A DNA stretch of 63,982 nucleotides, filler included, from Reticulomyxa filosa (Eukaryota; Protista; Foraminifera), in the NCBI GenBank assembly GCA_000512085.1. It is 18 parts of 18 records of this genome, joined end to end, with 100 filler letters (N's around TTAATTAATTAA, not from the genome) between each part and the next. Parts side by side here need not be neighbours in the genome. Positions count along the whole stretch, not along the records: positions 1 to 16,052 come from ASPP01001014.1; 17 more parts are not named here. The stretch is one strand, 5' to 3'. The translations under genes were made by a program, and so were the position numbers. Of this stretch, positions 1-11,945 are shown piece after piece. Positions within the stretch are counted from its first letter, which is position 1, and each line of letters starts with the position of its first letter. The notes under the pieces were generated by a model. That model did no database searches and had not been told where the DNA came from. It saw only the letters and a program-made list of their open reading frames with translations.

Positions 1-693
1 GACAGGAGATTTCCTTTGTGCAAAAATGCGTTGTCACATTGGAGCACTCGAAAAGGAACAAATGTATTCAATTCTGCATCACCATTCGAAAGCAATGATC
101 CTGACAATCTATGTTACGAAATTCCAAAAAAAAAAACTACACTACTTCTTTTGTTTCTTTTAAAAAAAAAATAATCAAACTGTGATAAGATGACTGCCTT
201 TCCAAACCAATGTGGCGACTGGATAGATGCAATCTCTTGCTCCTCTAATGACAAAAAGATTAGACAGTATTGTTTTGTTGGATTTGTCATTTGTTGTTTG
301 CTTTTTGTTACCGGGTTTTTTAGTATTGCACAAAATATTTTGCTACAACGTATACAACCGATGCACAACCACAGTGGGTGATAACAAAAAAAAAGGTTTT
401 GGCTTGCTGTCGGCTATTGGTTAGAGTGGCTCTTTGCTAAAAAATTTTCTCCAACCTTACCAAGAAAATGAAAGTGCAAATAAGTGGCAAGCCTTCATTC
501 CTCTCTGTTTTAGTATTTCCTAACACAAATTAACTACGTGTAGACTCCAATTTGGGCAGATCATCAAGGTCTGGATTTGCAATTGAAATGGTCCTATCTA
601 TATTTGTCAAAATATCCAAAGGATATGGTTGGATTCTTTGATTCATCTTGTAGTGTAATATGTGAACTGAATGTTGACGGAAAAGGTCACTAG
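1..693 (+). CDS. 3' part of an unidentified multi-exon gene (last exon about 544-693)
   Basis: Open frame at 544-693 follows an AG acceptor (TPIWADHQG...DGKGH*). Coding-like blocks alternate with poly-T/poly-A intron-like stretches upstream. No family recognised. Confidence 0.3.
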
Positions 694-1181
694 TTTTCAA
701 AAGACTGTCAGTTGAATCGCAAATAATGATTTGTCAAAATAATAGCATCAAAGTTTTAAGATGGCATTATTTTTTACATTAAAGTACGGTATTTTTAAAT
801 CAGAAAGTTTTAAGTATTATAGTGCCTCATTCTTTTAAGAATGTTCTTGAAATGATAGGCGTCTGATTTTGGAAGCGGTCCCTTTCTCGATAAGTATTTA
901 CTTTTATGTTGTGAAAAAGAAAGTAAAGATGCAATACTCAAACAACTGACATTCACTAATTGTAATGAATAACTGTGGTTGTTGTTTGGACTCAAAATAA
1001 AAATGTGGATTTTACAATTAAAAGGCTTTGAAAAAAATTTAACCCTCAATTTTTTGATTGAAGAAAATTATTGGAGTAAGTTCTTAAATAGAATTGTTTG
1101 TGCGTTAATTGCAGTTGACCTACTGTCCCAAAGGAGCACAAAGTTTGTTACTGAGTGAACATTTGCTTGCAATCAAGAGAA

Positions 1182-4180
1182 ATGGCAAGTCTTCTGGAAA
1201 TTTTGACATCAAAATATACTTGGTTGCTAGTGTTGTTATCGTCACTTCTAACTAGAAACTTGCCCTTTTATCTTCATGATAGATCAGCAGTGACATTGTC
1301 CTCTGGTGTTTCAACGTCAGTAACAGAAGAAATTGAGAGAAAATTGCGACACCACAAGTCTGAGTTTAATCCTCCACGAATTATTACCGTAACTGACGGT
1401 AAAATGTCACAAATAACTATGAAAAGCACATGAATTTTTCTATGTTTGTGTTTGTTCGATATGAGATAGTGTAAATCTGGCAATCGAGTTTGCACACTCT
1501 CTATATTTTGCCCTTTTTTAAAATTATTATGATTATGATTATGTCATTTGCCATTCTTCAGACTGGCTTCTCTGTGTTTGACACATTTTATTAAGGAGTA
1601 CATGTAGCAGTTGGATTTGGTCTAGCGAATTCGATTTTGATTGAGGCCCAAACATGTTCAATTCTTGTTGTTGAGTATTATTTTTTTGTTTCTCTTCCCT
1701 CCTCTCTCCCAAAAATAAAAAAAAAGTATATGTGCGCACACATGCACACGTATATCGGCATGTACCTTTACAAAAAAAAAAAGGATACAACCGAGTCAAA
1801 TACGATTGCCCAAGAGATATACAAAGCATTTGAGACGTCGGGTGTGATTGACTTCCATTCGAAGCCGATAACACATTATATATATACGCATTTCCATCCG
1901 GATCACACACAAGGGACGGAAGGCTATATTGGATTGAGCGGGCAAAAACGAGAGGACATAACAATTATAGCGCATTCCAGATGGATTCATGCCAATTATG
2001 CATTTTTGCATTTCGCAGGGATGGGCATCAATTGGAGAAGTGTGAGACAGTTTGGAAGTGAAATCCAACCCCAAGCGCTGAAAGATGGAGTCCTAGATGG
2101 GACTCCAAAAACAATCGAACCAGAATGGTTTTACCATAATGGCATTGGACCGCATCTTGACCATTTGCCAACATCAAACAAGTCGCTGCCCTTTCCTACA
2201 CAAGTCTTGAATAGCACTGTCAATGAGGTGTTTGTTGAAAATCTACGTTTGGTTATTTATCACGCTCCGGGAGAAACGGAAGACCAAATATTTATCCACA
2301 TACCAGACAAAAATGTTTTGCTCCCTGCTGACAATATTTACAAGTTGTCTTTTTTTTTTGTTTTTTTTTTTTGGTCCTATTTTTGCGGGAATCTCGGAGC
2401 AAGACAACAAAAACAACGACAAAATAGAGCCTTTCCCAATTTGTATGCCATACGTGGCTCTTCTCCTCGCCCAGTCAATGCATGGATTCGATCATTGGAT
2501 ATGATGAGAAAATTAAAAGTTTTGAGAAGAAAGAAAAAACAACTAAACAAAAACAGAGAGAGAGAGAGAAAGGGATAGGAAGCGTTAATTAAATGAAAAA
2601 AAGCTAAGGTACACACTAACATGAATACGTAGCCGTTTCCGGAACATATGGTACCTTCTCATGGCCGACCGTTAACTGGAAAAAAAGACATTTATGACGT
2701 TCTGACAGTGTATAGAGATGGTATTGCCTGGGTGCATGACCAGACTGTTATACTTTTTTCGTACACGCATTACTTCTTTTTTTTTTTTTTTTTAAATTAA
2801 ACTACTTTGCAAGAATTTTTTTTTACCTAAAAAAAAAAAAAAAAAAAAGAAAAAGCACAAATAAAAAATAAAGCTCCGTTATATGAACCGTGGATATTAT
2901 GTAGATGACATAATTCCAAAAGTAGTTTCCTTGATGCCAGCTCGCTTAAGGAATCATCCCTATCTTTGCGAATATTACGGCACTGTCGAGTGGTCTATCC
3001 GTGGCATATTTGAGTCCTACCTGGGTTGGTTTAGTGGCGATCCTTCTCATTTATTCCCATTAAACAATATTCAAAAAGGTCGACGACTTAATTCCTTTCT
3101 GTCCACGTTCTATGATCGGAAGAGCCATCTTTCAAACACTCAGGACGATAAAGAAGTGGTTGCAGAAATGCTGAAAGACCAATTGAAAATCGATCAAGCA
3201 GAGTGGTCGCAAGAACAGTGCCAATTTGTATTGGAAATGTCCACATGGTTGCTGGCCGCCGAAAAAGGAGCCCATGAAGATGGAGTTGACTCTCATTTAA
3301 AGTTTATTCTTTGCCAAAATACAAATACAAACATCACTGTTTGATGATATTTCGATGAAAAACTTTGGAGCCTCTTTTTTTTCCCCTCCCCCCCCCCTCC
3401 TTCCTCTTCTCATCTTTCTTCACAGTTGTAAGGAGAGGTACAACCAATAAAATTGATAACACGAAATAAAAAAAGTGGAGCCACCGTGACGGAAAATCAG
3501 AAAATGACCGCACTTCAAAAAAAACTTCACCAAATCAAATTTGATTCGTTATTATGTTTGTCTCGGTTTATGATATCTACAAACGCAAGAAACTATTATC
3601 TATCATCTGCTCATGAAATGAAACTAAGCGGTTTCTTTTTTTTATTTGTTTGTTTGTTTGGTATCTAAAAATAATAATTTTAAAAAAGGACAAATGAAAA
3701 GTTTGGAGGGGGGGGGGCGGGGGAAAATAAGAAAAAAGAGGGGCATACAAAAACTTACGTGATATGGCAATATTTGCAAGTAAAGTAGCAGACATTTTTT
3801 TTATGGGACGAACGAGATTTAAAGGAGATGAATACATGGGATTAAATATTACGTATACCATTGCCATCCATGATCAACATTCTGTGTTCAGTCTAGAGCT
3901 ACGTGATGGAGTTATGGAAGTTCATGAATTTATCTATCCATTGAACGCAGATATTCAGGATTATAAAAATTGGAACTCTGATGATCCCTTACTTCACGAA
4001 ATTCAACAAGTGCTAGATACATCAAAACTTGTTGTGTCCATGTCAGCAAATACTTGGCGTGAGTTAGCTATAAGCGAGTCGTTTTTAGAAAAACTCACCA
4101 CTTTTGTCACTGGAGATGTTAAGGTGATCAAAGGCTCAAAGTTAGACTTTGCTCAGATTGGAAAGCTTTTTGAAAGATAA
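1182..4180 (+). CDS. Alkyl/aryl sulfatase (SdsA1/BDS1 family, metallo-beta-lactamase fold) with C-terminal SCP2-like domain; multi-exon
   Basis: Spliced exons give GVHVAVGFGLANSILIE..ILVDT, THFHPDH (HxHxDH), APGETEDQ, ADNIYKAFPNLYAIRG, PEHMVPSHG, YYGTVEWSIRGIF..YLGWFSGDP and NARNYYL. Introns include 1670-1783 and 2344-2427. Hydrophobic N-terminus. Confidence 0.88.
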
Positions 4181-5017
4181 ACAAAAAATCACAGCCAGAC
4201 TGTTTTTCCACATTTTTTTCTGTTATAAAACTTCAATTCAGCCCTAATTATTGTAAATTGTATTCCATAAATTTGCTTTCTTATTCACAAATTTTAATAA
4301 AATTTGTTTGAGTATTTTAAAAGAAAAAACTCTTTTTGTTAAAATATTTGTAATTGAACAAATAATGTTGGTAATTTGTTTTCAAATAAATATTTTTAGT
4401 TATTGTGTTTCACAATTGATTTTCAGCACTGTGCATTGTTTTTAAGTTCTAGCAGTGATTTGTTTTTGTCCTAACAATCACAATAAAAAGAAGGTATATA
4501 GACTCACTTTAAATTTTCTAATGTTTGTTATAAATTATTTATCGTGTTTATTCTTTTTCCAAACAATTAAGTTTTGTAGGAATCAAACAAACTAAATTAT
4601 TTCATTTTTCCACTTTCTACGATGCTTGCGTAAATAAAAAATAAACTGGAAGTTTACTGATAAAATATTTTCAGTAAATACTAGTCTTTTGATATGTCTT
4701 AAAACCAATCTACAAAATTGTTTTTTCTTAAATTATTTGCACGTGTCAACATCTTTTTGCTTTTTTTTCGCTTTCATTTCGATCCTTGTTATAAATGATA
4801 ATTTTAACTAATTTTCTTATATAAATAAAACATTCGCGGATTAGTTACAATCGCAGTGAACTTGCGCATTTTATTTGATTTTCATATTTTTCTAAACATT
4901 GCAAAAATAGATATGTTTTTGACGTGAAAGTGTTTATAAACTGATTTAATTGAAGATAACTTGAATAATTGCAACAGTAACATATTCTTACATGAACACA
5001 AAAATTCAAAACAAAGC

Positions 5018-8000
5018 TTATTTAACTCGATAAAAGGCCATTTTTGTATCCACCACATGTTCAAACGCAAGTGAATCAGTCCGTAAATTTTGCAAGCTAT
5101 TGTTAGTTAGTGAGACGTAATTTAATTTTGTTTTTCCACACATTCTTTCATATCTTATTTTAAACAAGTGCAGTTTGTTATGCAATGAAGCAATTTCTTT
5201 GTTCAGTGCTAGTAAAGTCTCCTTCGTTGCTTCTTCATTCGCATTACGATTTTGTCTATATAGCTTATCGAGGAAATATGCTTTAATATCAAATACATAA
5301 TGTAGCTGTTTTTGAATCTGTTTTTTAAGTAGTCGAATCTTTGATGATTTTTGGTCACTTGATAGTTCTCCGTTTTTTGGATGCATAGGAGTACGTTGTG
5401 ACTTATCTTTAAAAAATTGCACATCGTCCAAGCTAAAGGATAATGTGCACAATTTTTTACAGAAATATGAAAATTCTAGGTCTGTAAAGTACATTTCAGA
5501 AACTACTTCTTTTGTGTTTGATTCCTTTGAGGAAATTGTAGATAGCTTTGACTTTGGCGTGAGTTGCAGACTTTTTAAACCGCTGATCTGTTGACTTTGA
5601 TTTTCTGTTGAAAGGTGCTGTTTTTGTGTGGAACGTTCTAATAATCTTGTGTTACAATTTCTCGGTGAATCATGTGATCTGAACAACAGTGTTGGCTCTT
5701 TCGAGTTCTGACAAGATGTTTCTGAAATTTTTGTGCAATAGTTAGCATCATTTTCTTTATCGTTTGATTCTTTTTTTTTTTCTTGTTCTAAACTCTCGAT
5801 TTGATGTTTATATACCATGACTTTTTCAATTAACTCGTCATTTACGTGTAGCAACATATCCTAACAGAAGCATCAAATATCTTAGGTTTTTAAATTATAT
5901 ATTTTTTATTGCTATGAAAACACGCTAGAAACATAAAGAAAGTTAAAGATATCATACAAAGAAAGAAGTTACACCATTTGTGTTTTTACTGATTTATACA
6001 ATACTTTTAATTGATTAAAATCATGTTGTTTGTTATATGTAGATATTTCGTCTCTAAATAATAAGTGAGAATTTTTCAGTGCAACTGCTGCCTCCAACAA
6101 CTCATTGTTTAGCTGCTGAATTTGATCAAGTTCGTTGAAACTTGCACTTTCAGACAGTTCTTCACTCAATTTGGCGTCTCTATTCTATTTTTTTTCCCCC
6201 AAAAAAACAGTTTACTTTTTTTTTTTTTGGGTCTTCAAAGTTCAGAACAAAACCGTTTTTGGAAGTGATTCATGCCTCTGTTGTAGTTCATTGCTTCCTT
6301 GTTCTGCAGCATTTTCCTGATTTCGTATGGAGCTGCTTTGGAGTGCTTCTTCAGACGATGTTTGAACCTGCTCACGAAAATTTTGCTTTTCGTTCTCCAG
6401 TCGTTTGTTTAAGTTTTCGATTTCCTGTGTCAATACATGGTTTTCAAATGATAAATCTTCCAATTTTATTTGCAACTGCTTGACATTATACTCATATGTT
6501 GTTTTTTCTTTGCTCATTTCCTCTTTTTCCAGAAGCAACGTATGATGGAAATCCATTAATTTTTGTTTGGCAGTGTTCAGCTGTGACGTAAGATCTTCAT
6601 ATTGCTTACATTTGGATTGTTTCAATTCATTCATTTCGCTTTTGGAAGTAAGCAATTGCTGGGTCAGATTGTTTATGACTTGTTTATGTTCTTGGAGCTC
6701 TCTGGTAAAATTTGAAGAAAAGCCCATATTGCTTGCTAGTTGAGCTTCTAGTGCTGAGAGTTTGTTTTTTAGATCTAGATTTTGCGCATTCAGTGACTGA
6801 TTTGCATTGCGCAACATTGAGTTGTCTGACTCTGTGTTAATACACATTTTCAATTTGAAACTTTTGAAGCAGAAATATTTTGTTTTTTCTTTAAGCAAAT
6901 ATAAAATTGTTCGTTAATACCTATTTGTTGCAACTGTTTTTGTAAAGACCAACTTTCTTTCATTTGTCGAATGTACAATGTTCTGAAGTTAGCTTCAAAT
7001 TGCTTTATGATTTGTTCAGATTTTGGACTTAATATGTCTGGCTCACTGTTTAGTTAAATATGTGACAGTTTTGAAGGATGCTAGGTTTACTTGCTAAGTT
7101 TACACTTTCGAAAGGGGCAATGTAGAGAATTGAAATGCCTAACTCCCAGAAGTCAGAATTTACAGATGTTGATTCTCTTGACGCAGAAGCTTTGTTATTC
7201 TTCATGGAATTTGGTTGTGATGACGTAGTTTTATTGTTTGTACTGTCGACAACTAGCTGAACACTGTCCTCTCGTTTGGCCAATGTCAGAAGCTCCGTTT
7301 TGTCTGCCTGTAGACACATATTTTCTGTACATGAGACGCTCGACAAGATAAGATTTTGTTTTGGTTCGTCAAGCTCCATTGCGAATGGCCTGAATTTAGA
7401 AGACGTGCTATAGTTCACTTTTACCTGTTTTACACGTTTCATAAAATTCAAAGTTAACAAAGTTTCTTGTAAATTTTCTTTTGACCAATGGATGCAAGCA
7501 ATCATCAAAGTTTTGCAATCGCTTAAGGAAGTTTTCAGAATTCGTGTTAATTTGCTGTTACGATAAGGAATAAAACTGCTGTTCGCATTCTCGCTAGGAT
7601 TTTCTGTGTGTTTCTTTTGCTGCGCCAAAAGAGAGGCAATCACACTATTCAAAGCCGCTAAAGATTTGTTGATAGCTGCACTTTCAGCTCTTTCTTTTTG
7701 TGAGTGCTTCTTATAGTATCCTTCTAATCTCTCAGAGCCAGCTAAATCAACAAAATGCAGCTTTCCTTGAATCAAGCGTAAGCCCGAGCTCTGAGTACAA
7801 ACGCCACGGGGAAGACGCACAGAAAGAAAAAAAACATGTTCAATTAAACTCCCAATTTTGCCAGCTAAAGAAGATATAAAATATCTAACTTCTGTTGATA
7901 TGGACTTTTCTAGCCGTAAAGTCACAATGCAATGTGATCTTGATGATCTTTTGTTGGATTTTGTAGCGCTCTTGTGTCTCAAAAAATGGGCCTTTTTGAA

Positions 8001-8968
8001 GAGAGCATTAGTTTCAGTTTTGTTTTTTACAATGTGCCATGATTGGCCTTGTACTTGAAAATTGCCTGACGAGTACTCTCTGACCTCCTTCAATTTTGAT
8101 GTTTTCGAAAGATTTTTGTTTTGCTTTTTTCTGCTTTTTTTTTTTTTTAGATTTTACAAAAAAATACTAAACCAATGAAATGTCCGTTTGGTCAGCCAAC
8201 AAGTCGAACACTCTTTCATTATAAAATTCAATTGCAGATATCATGACAACAGCCTTTACATCCTTTGCTTCAATACGTTCGTGTTGAGACAATAAGTGAT
8301 CAAACAACTCGTTGGCTGCAAGCAGTGCGATTCCAGAGTCACAGCTGATTTTATTATCGTTGACTTCTCCACTCCCACTGCCAAATATTGTATATGTTTT
8401 TCCTAAAGTTTAAATTTGAAAGTGATGTGCAAATGTTAAAAAAGAATCAAATTTTTTGATTAATATCAGGTACTGTTGCATCATATTTGCAAAAAAAAAA
8501 TTCGTGAACATCAGATTTGCACACAAGCAAGCGCTTTGCTTTGTGACCATGTCATGAGCGATATAGTCAGTTTTTTGTTTAAACCTGAGCCTGTTTGACC
8601 ATAAGCAAGAACAGTTGCGTCCGAACCTCTTGTAACGTCCCTTACAAGCGGCTGCACACATTCATAATAAAGTTGCGATTGAGTAGTTTGCTGCCCAAAT
8701 ACCGCATCCGCCTTGAAAACCTGGAGTATTTATTGTTGCGTTTTAAACAAATTTTGATTATTTTTTATTTTCAAGGGACCTGTTGTGCTGACGGAATGCA
8801 GACTTTTTTTTCGTCTGGTAACAGTTGCACTGCGACGTTTTCATTAGTTTTATCCGGACTATGCAGATATAATAATGTAAAATTGTTTTGTTGTGGATTC
8901 ACATTTGCAAAACTAAACTTTGTGAAAGGTTTGCAACGAATTACTACTTTCATTGTTTCCTCTTGCAT
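5018..8968 (-). CDS. Kinesin-like motor protein (N-terminal motor, C-terminal coiled coil); multi-exon
   Basis: MKVVIRCKP; P-loop AYGQTGSG|KT split by an intron (about 8403-8586); NKRSSRSH; LHFVDLAGSER; INKSL; IPYRNSKLTRIL; coiled-coil exons at 6242-6898, 5969-6169 and 5018-5857. Confidence 0.92.
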
Positions 8969-9429
8969 TTGGTTGGGTTCCTTTATTTGCTTCCGGGTGA
9001 CAGTATGAATTCCTTTCAAATTTCAACAAAAAAAAGCAATAATTACTCATTTTCTACGCTTTAAAAATATATTTGAAATATCATCTTATGCAAAATAGTG
9101 TGATTTATTGCTTTTATAATTTTGAAATACTTTTAACACCAATAAAAAATTATTTTCAAACCATAATAATTAAAAAGTACCGTTCTAAGTTTTGTTTTAA
9201 TTTCCAGCTGATATTCCAACTACTCGTGTCTTGTTGTAGTGCTAATCCCTCTGCTTTTTTTGCTTTTTTTCTACGTCACATTTGAGAAATTTGAAAATAG
9301 CCACAAACAAAGCTATTGGACGTTTACAGAAACGAACAAAGCTACAAAAAAAAAGGGAAAAATCATATATACAAATTAAGCTTTTCGTTTATCGATACGT
9401 ATAGTATTATTTATCAATCTCTTGAAACA

Positions 9430-10245
9430 ATGTCAAAATCTTTAGATTCAACAATTATGAAATGTCAAAGCGACAGTGATTATAGCAATGCTCTGCAAAA
9501 AGCAAAAGGAAAGCCAGTCCTCATTGACTTTTTCGCGACATGGTATTGGGGTCACACAAAAAAAAAGTTTTAAAAAATGGCAACATTAAAAAAAACTAAT
9601 TGAAAAAAAAAACTTGGAATAAAAAAGGTGTGGGCCGTGCAAAGCAATCGAACCCGAGTTAGAAAAATTGGCGAAACAATACGCGAAAGAAATAGCATTT
9701 ATAAAAGTGGATGTGGATCAATGTAGAGGCGTGGCGAAACAGTTTGGTATTCGTGCGATGCCAACATTTGTATCATTGTCCGCGGACAAAAATGAATATC
9801 AAAGACTGCAAGGAGCAGACGTAGAAAAATTGAAAGCCTTGTGTGCAGAACTGACCCAAAAATTTCAATCGTTTCAAAGCTTCAGCGGGAAAGCGCATAC
9901 ATTAAAAGACACAGGGTCCGAAAAAAATCAAAAAGAAGCAGTGGACTTATCATCGATGGCAGACCTTGTGGAAAACCTGTCCCTGAAGGATGATCAAAAA
10001 GATAAAGAAGGAATAACTGTGCAGTTGATCATGAGCGGTGGCGAAAAAAAACTCTCAAAATTGCTCCTACTACCACTGTCTTGCAATTATATGGACATGC
10101 CAAATACTTACTTGCCAAAACTCAAGATAACGAAAAACCATTCCAACTCTTAACTGGGTTTCCTCCGCAGCCCTTGCTGGAACCTAATTCCACCGCTAAA
10201 GAGGCTGGATTAAATGGAGGACGAATCACTGTCAAAATGCTGTAG
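9430..10245 (+). CDS. Thioredoxin domain + SHP box + UBX-like domain protein (probable p97/Cdc48 cofactor)
   Basis: VLIDFFATW|CGPC with intron 9543-9627; FIKVDVD; IRAMPTF; FSGKAHTL (SHP-like). After a frameshift in the A-run at about 10044-10051 the other frame reads KTLKIAPTTTVLQLYGHA...FQLLTGFPPQPL...AKEAGL (UBX FPP loop). Confidence 0.8.
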
Positions 10246-10807
10246 AAAAACAAAGGGGCAAAAAAAACAACAACATGGAAGCAGGGACGTGGGGAGGGGG
10301 AATAAACTAGAATTGAGAAAAAAAGAGGGATCAACGACAAAATTTGAAGTAGTCCAAAAAAAAAAAGTTTCCTTTTTCTTTTTTGTTTAAGTTTGGTTTT
10401 TTTAATATTAAAAAAAAATGGAGAAAACAATGTCGTTCAGTTTTTTTTTAGTTTCACTGGAAGTACACTTATTCTTTGGTACTTCAACAAGTAACTCTTA
10501 GAAACTATTTCTCGGCTTTTGCCTTTTTTTTTTCTCGCTCTTTCAGAATTAGTCTTACCCCAAAACTCCGATAAATATATTAGAAAAAAATGGAGTGGGT
10601 AGCTACTAACACTTTTTTATCCAAAACACTGCCCTTCTTTCAGAAAGTAGCATTTGTGTCAGGCAGTTTAGGTTAGGAAAGCAACAAGCAAAAGAAAAAA
10701 AATCGTAATAAAAAAATTTGACTAGTTGAGTTGTCGGAACCTTGAGGGAAAAGTGAAAGGGACAATTGTTTCCAAATTTGATTTCATTTTCAAATATAAT
10801 AGCTTGA

Positions 10808-11623
10808 ATGAGCAAAATTTCTAATGCTCTCGATCTTAGCCAGAAAGATCGAAGCATGCACGCATTGCGTGAAGATGTAGCCAAGATTGTGCGATTTTTA
10901 GAAGAACACCGCGGCGCGAATACAGTGAACAACATTCGAAACCAAACAAAAATTGACATATCGGGAAATGTAGCATTGCAAAAATCACTTCAAAAAAACG
11001 ACAAGATTATAGTCCATAACAATACCTATCAATATAAGGTAAAAGAAAAAACATTAAATAAAAAAAGACAAGTTTTGTCCAAAAAAAAAGAAAAAAAAAT
11101 TAATACAAACAAAACAATGAAACAGCCATACGTAGATAATGTGCACAACAAAAACGATTTGTGCTTGTATCTGTCAAGCAATCCTCAAGGAGTAGAAGAG
11201 AATTTCATAAAGGACGCGTATTGGGGATGTGAGAAAGATATAGCCGATTTGATAGCTCAAAAACGGGTCATCCCATTTTCGAATGTGTTGTTTTGGTATC
11301 CAGGTATTTTGAATAGTAGTGATGATCCGAAAGACTTTTTTCCCATCATTGATGAAAATATTAAGAAATTGTGGAGAGACATCAAGCTCCCAGAAAGCAA
11401 AACCGAATTGGAAAAACGACTCATTGATAACCAATTGTTAAATGACAATAACTCAGGAATGAACCGCAAACGAAAGGTTAAAAGTTCTTTGCTCAGCTCC
11501 AATCCTCAAAAGCGTCGGCGCTTAACCAACTGGACCAAATACAAAAAAAACATCACGAATCAACATTTGATGGTGGAGAACAAGCAAAAAGCAAAAGAGA
11601 ACGATGAAGTTATACATGAATGA
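10808..11623 (+). CDS. GTF2E2: General transcription factor TFIIE beta subunit
   Basis: Winged-helix-like segments YQYK|PY..NK.DL..G....IKDAY; LFW..IDENIKKLWRDIKLP; basic C-terminus KRRR...TNQHL. Intron 11039-11125. Confidence 0.75.
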   Translation: MSKISNALDLSQKDRSMHALREDVAKIVRFLEEHRGANTVNNIRNQTKIDISGNVALQKSLQKNDKIIVHNNTYQYKVKEKTLNKKRQVLSKKKEKKINTNKTMKQPYVDNVHNKNDLCLYLSSNPQGVEENFIKDAYWGCEKDIADLIAQKRVIPFSNVLFWYPGILNSSDDPKDFFPIIDENIKKLWRDIKLPESKTELEKRLIDNQLLNDNNSGMNRKRKVKSSLLSSNPQKRRRLTNWTKYKKNITNQHLMVENKQKAKENDEVIHE

Positions 11624-11945
11624 TTTGCATAACAACAATAAAATACATATAACTAATCCTGCTAAAAGGGAACTAACTCATCTTTCCTTTTCTTTTTTTT
11701 TCCAGAGTTTTGTTCTTCTATCGCTTTCATTTAATTCGGTATACTGAAACGCACTTCATCCTTCCTCTTGCTCTTTTTTTTTTCACTGCTTTATTTTTTA
11801 ATAACTCACAAATTCAAAAAAGTAAAAAATAAAAGAAAAAAGAAATAAATAAGTTGAAACACAAGTATCGGCAAAAAAGGTCAAGCCTGCATGGGATGAC
11901 AGGTCAGGAAAGGTTCTTGCGAGAACCCAGAAAAAAAACTCGATA

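Noticed and set aside
10040-10055. Programmed ribosomal frameshift in the thioredoxin-UBX gene
   Set aside because: It falls in an A-homopolymer in an assembly rich in homopolymer tracts; a sequencing error is more likely.
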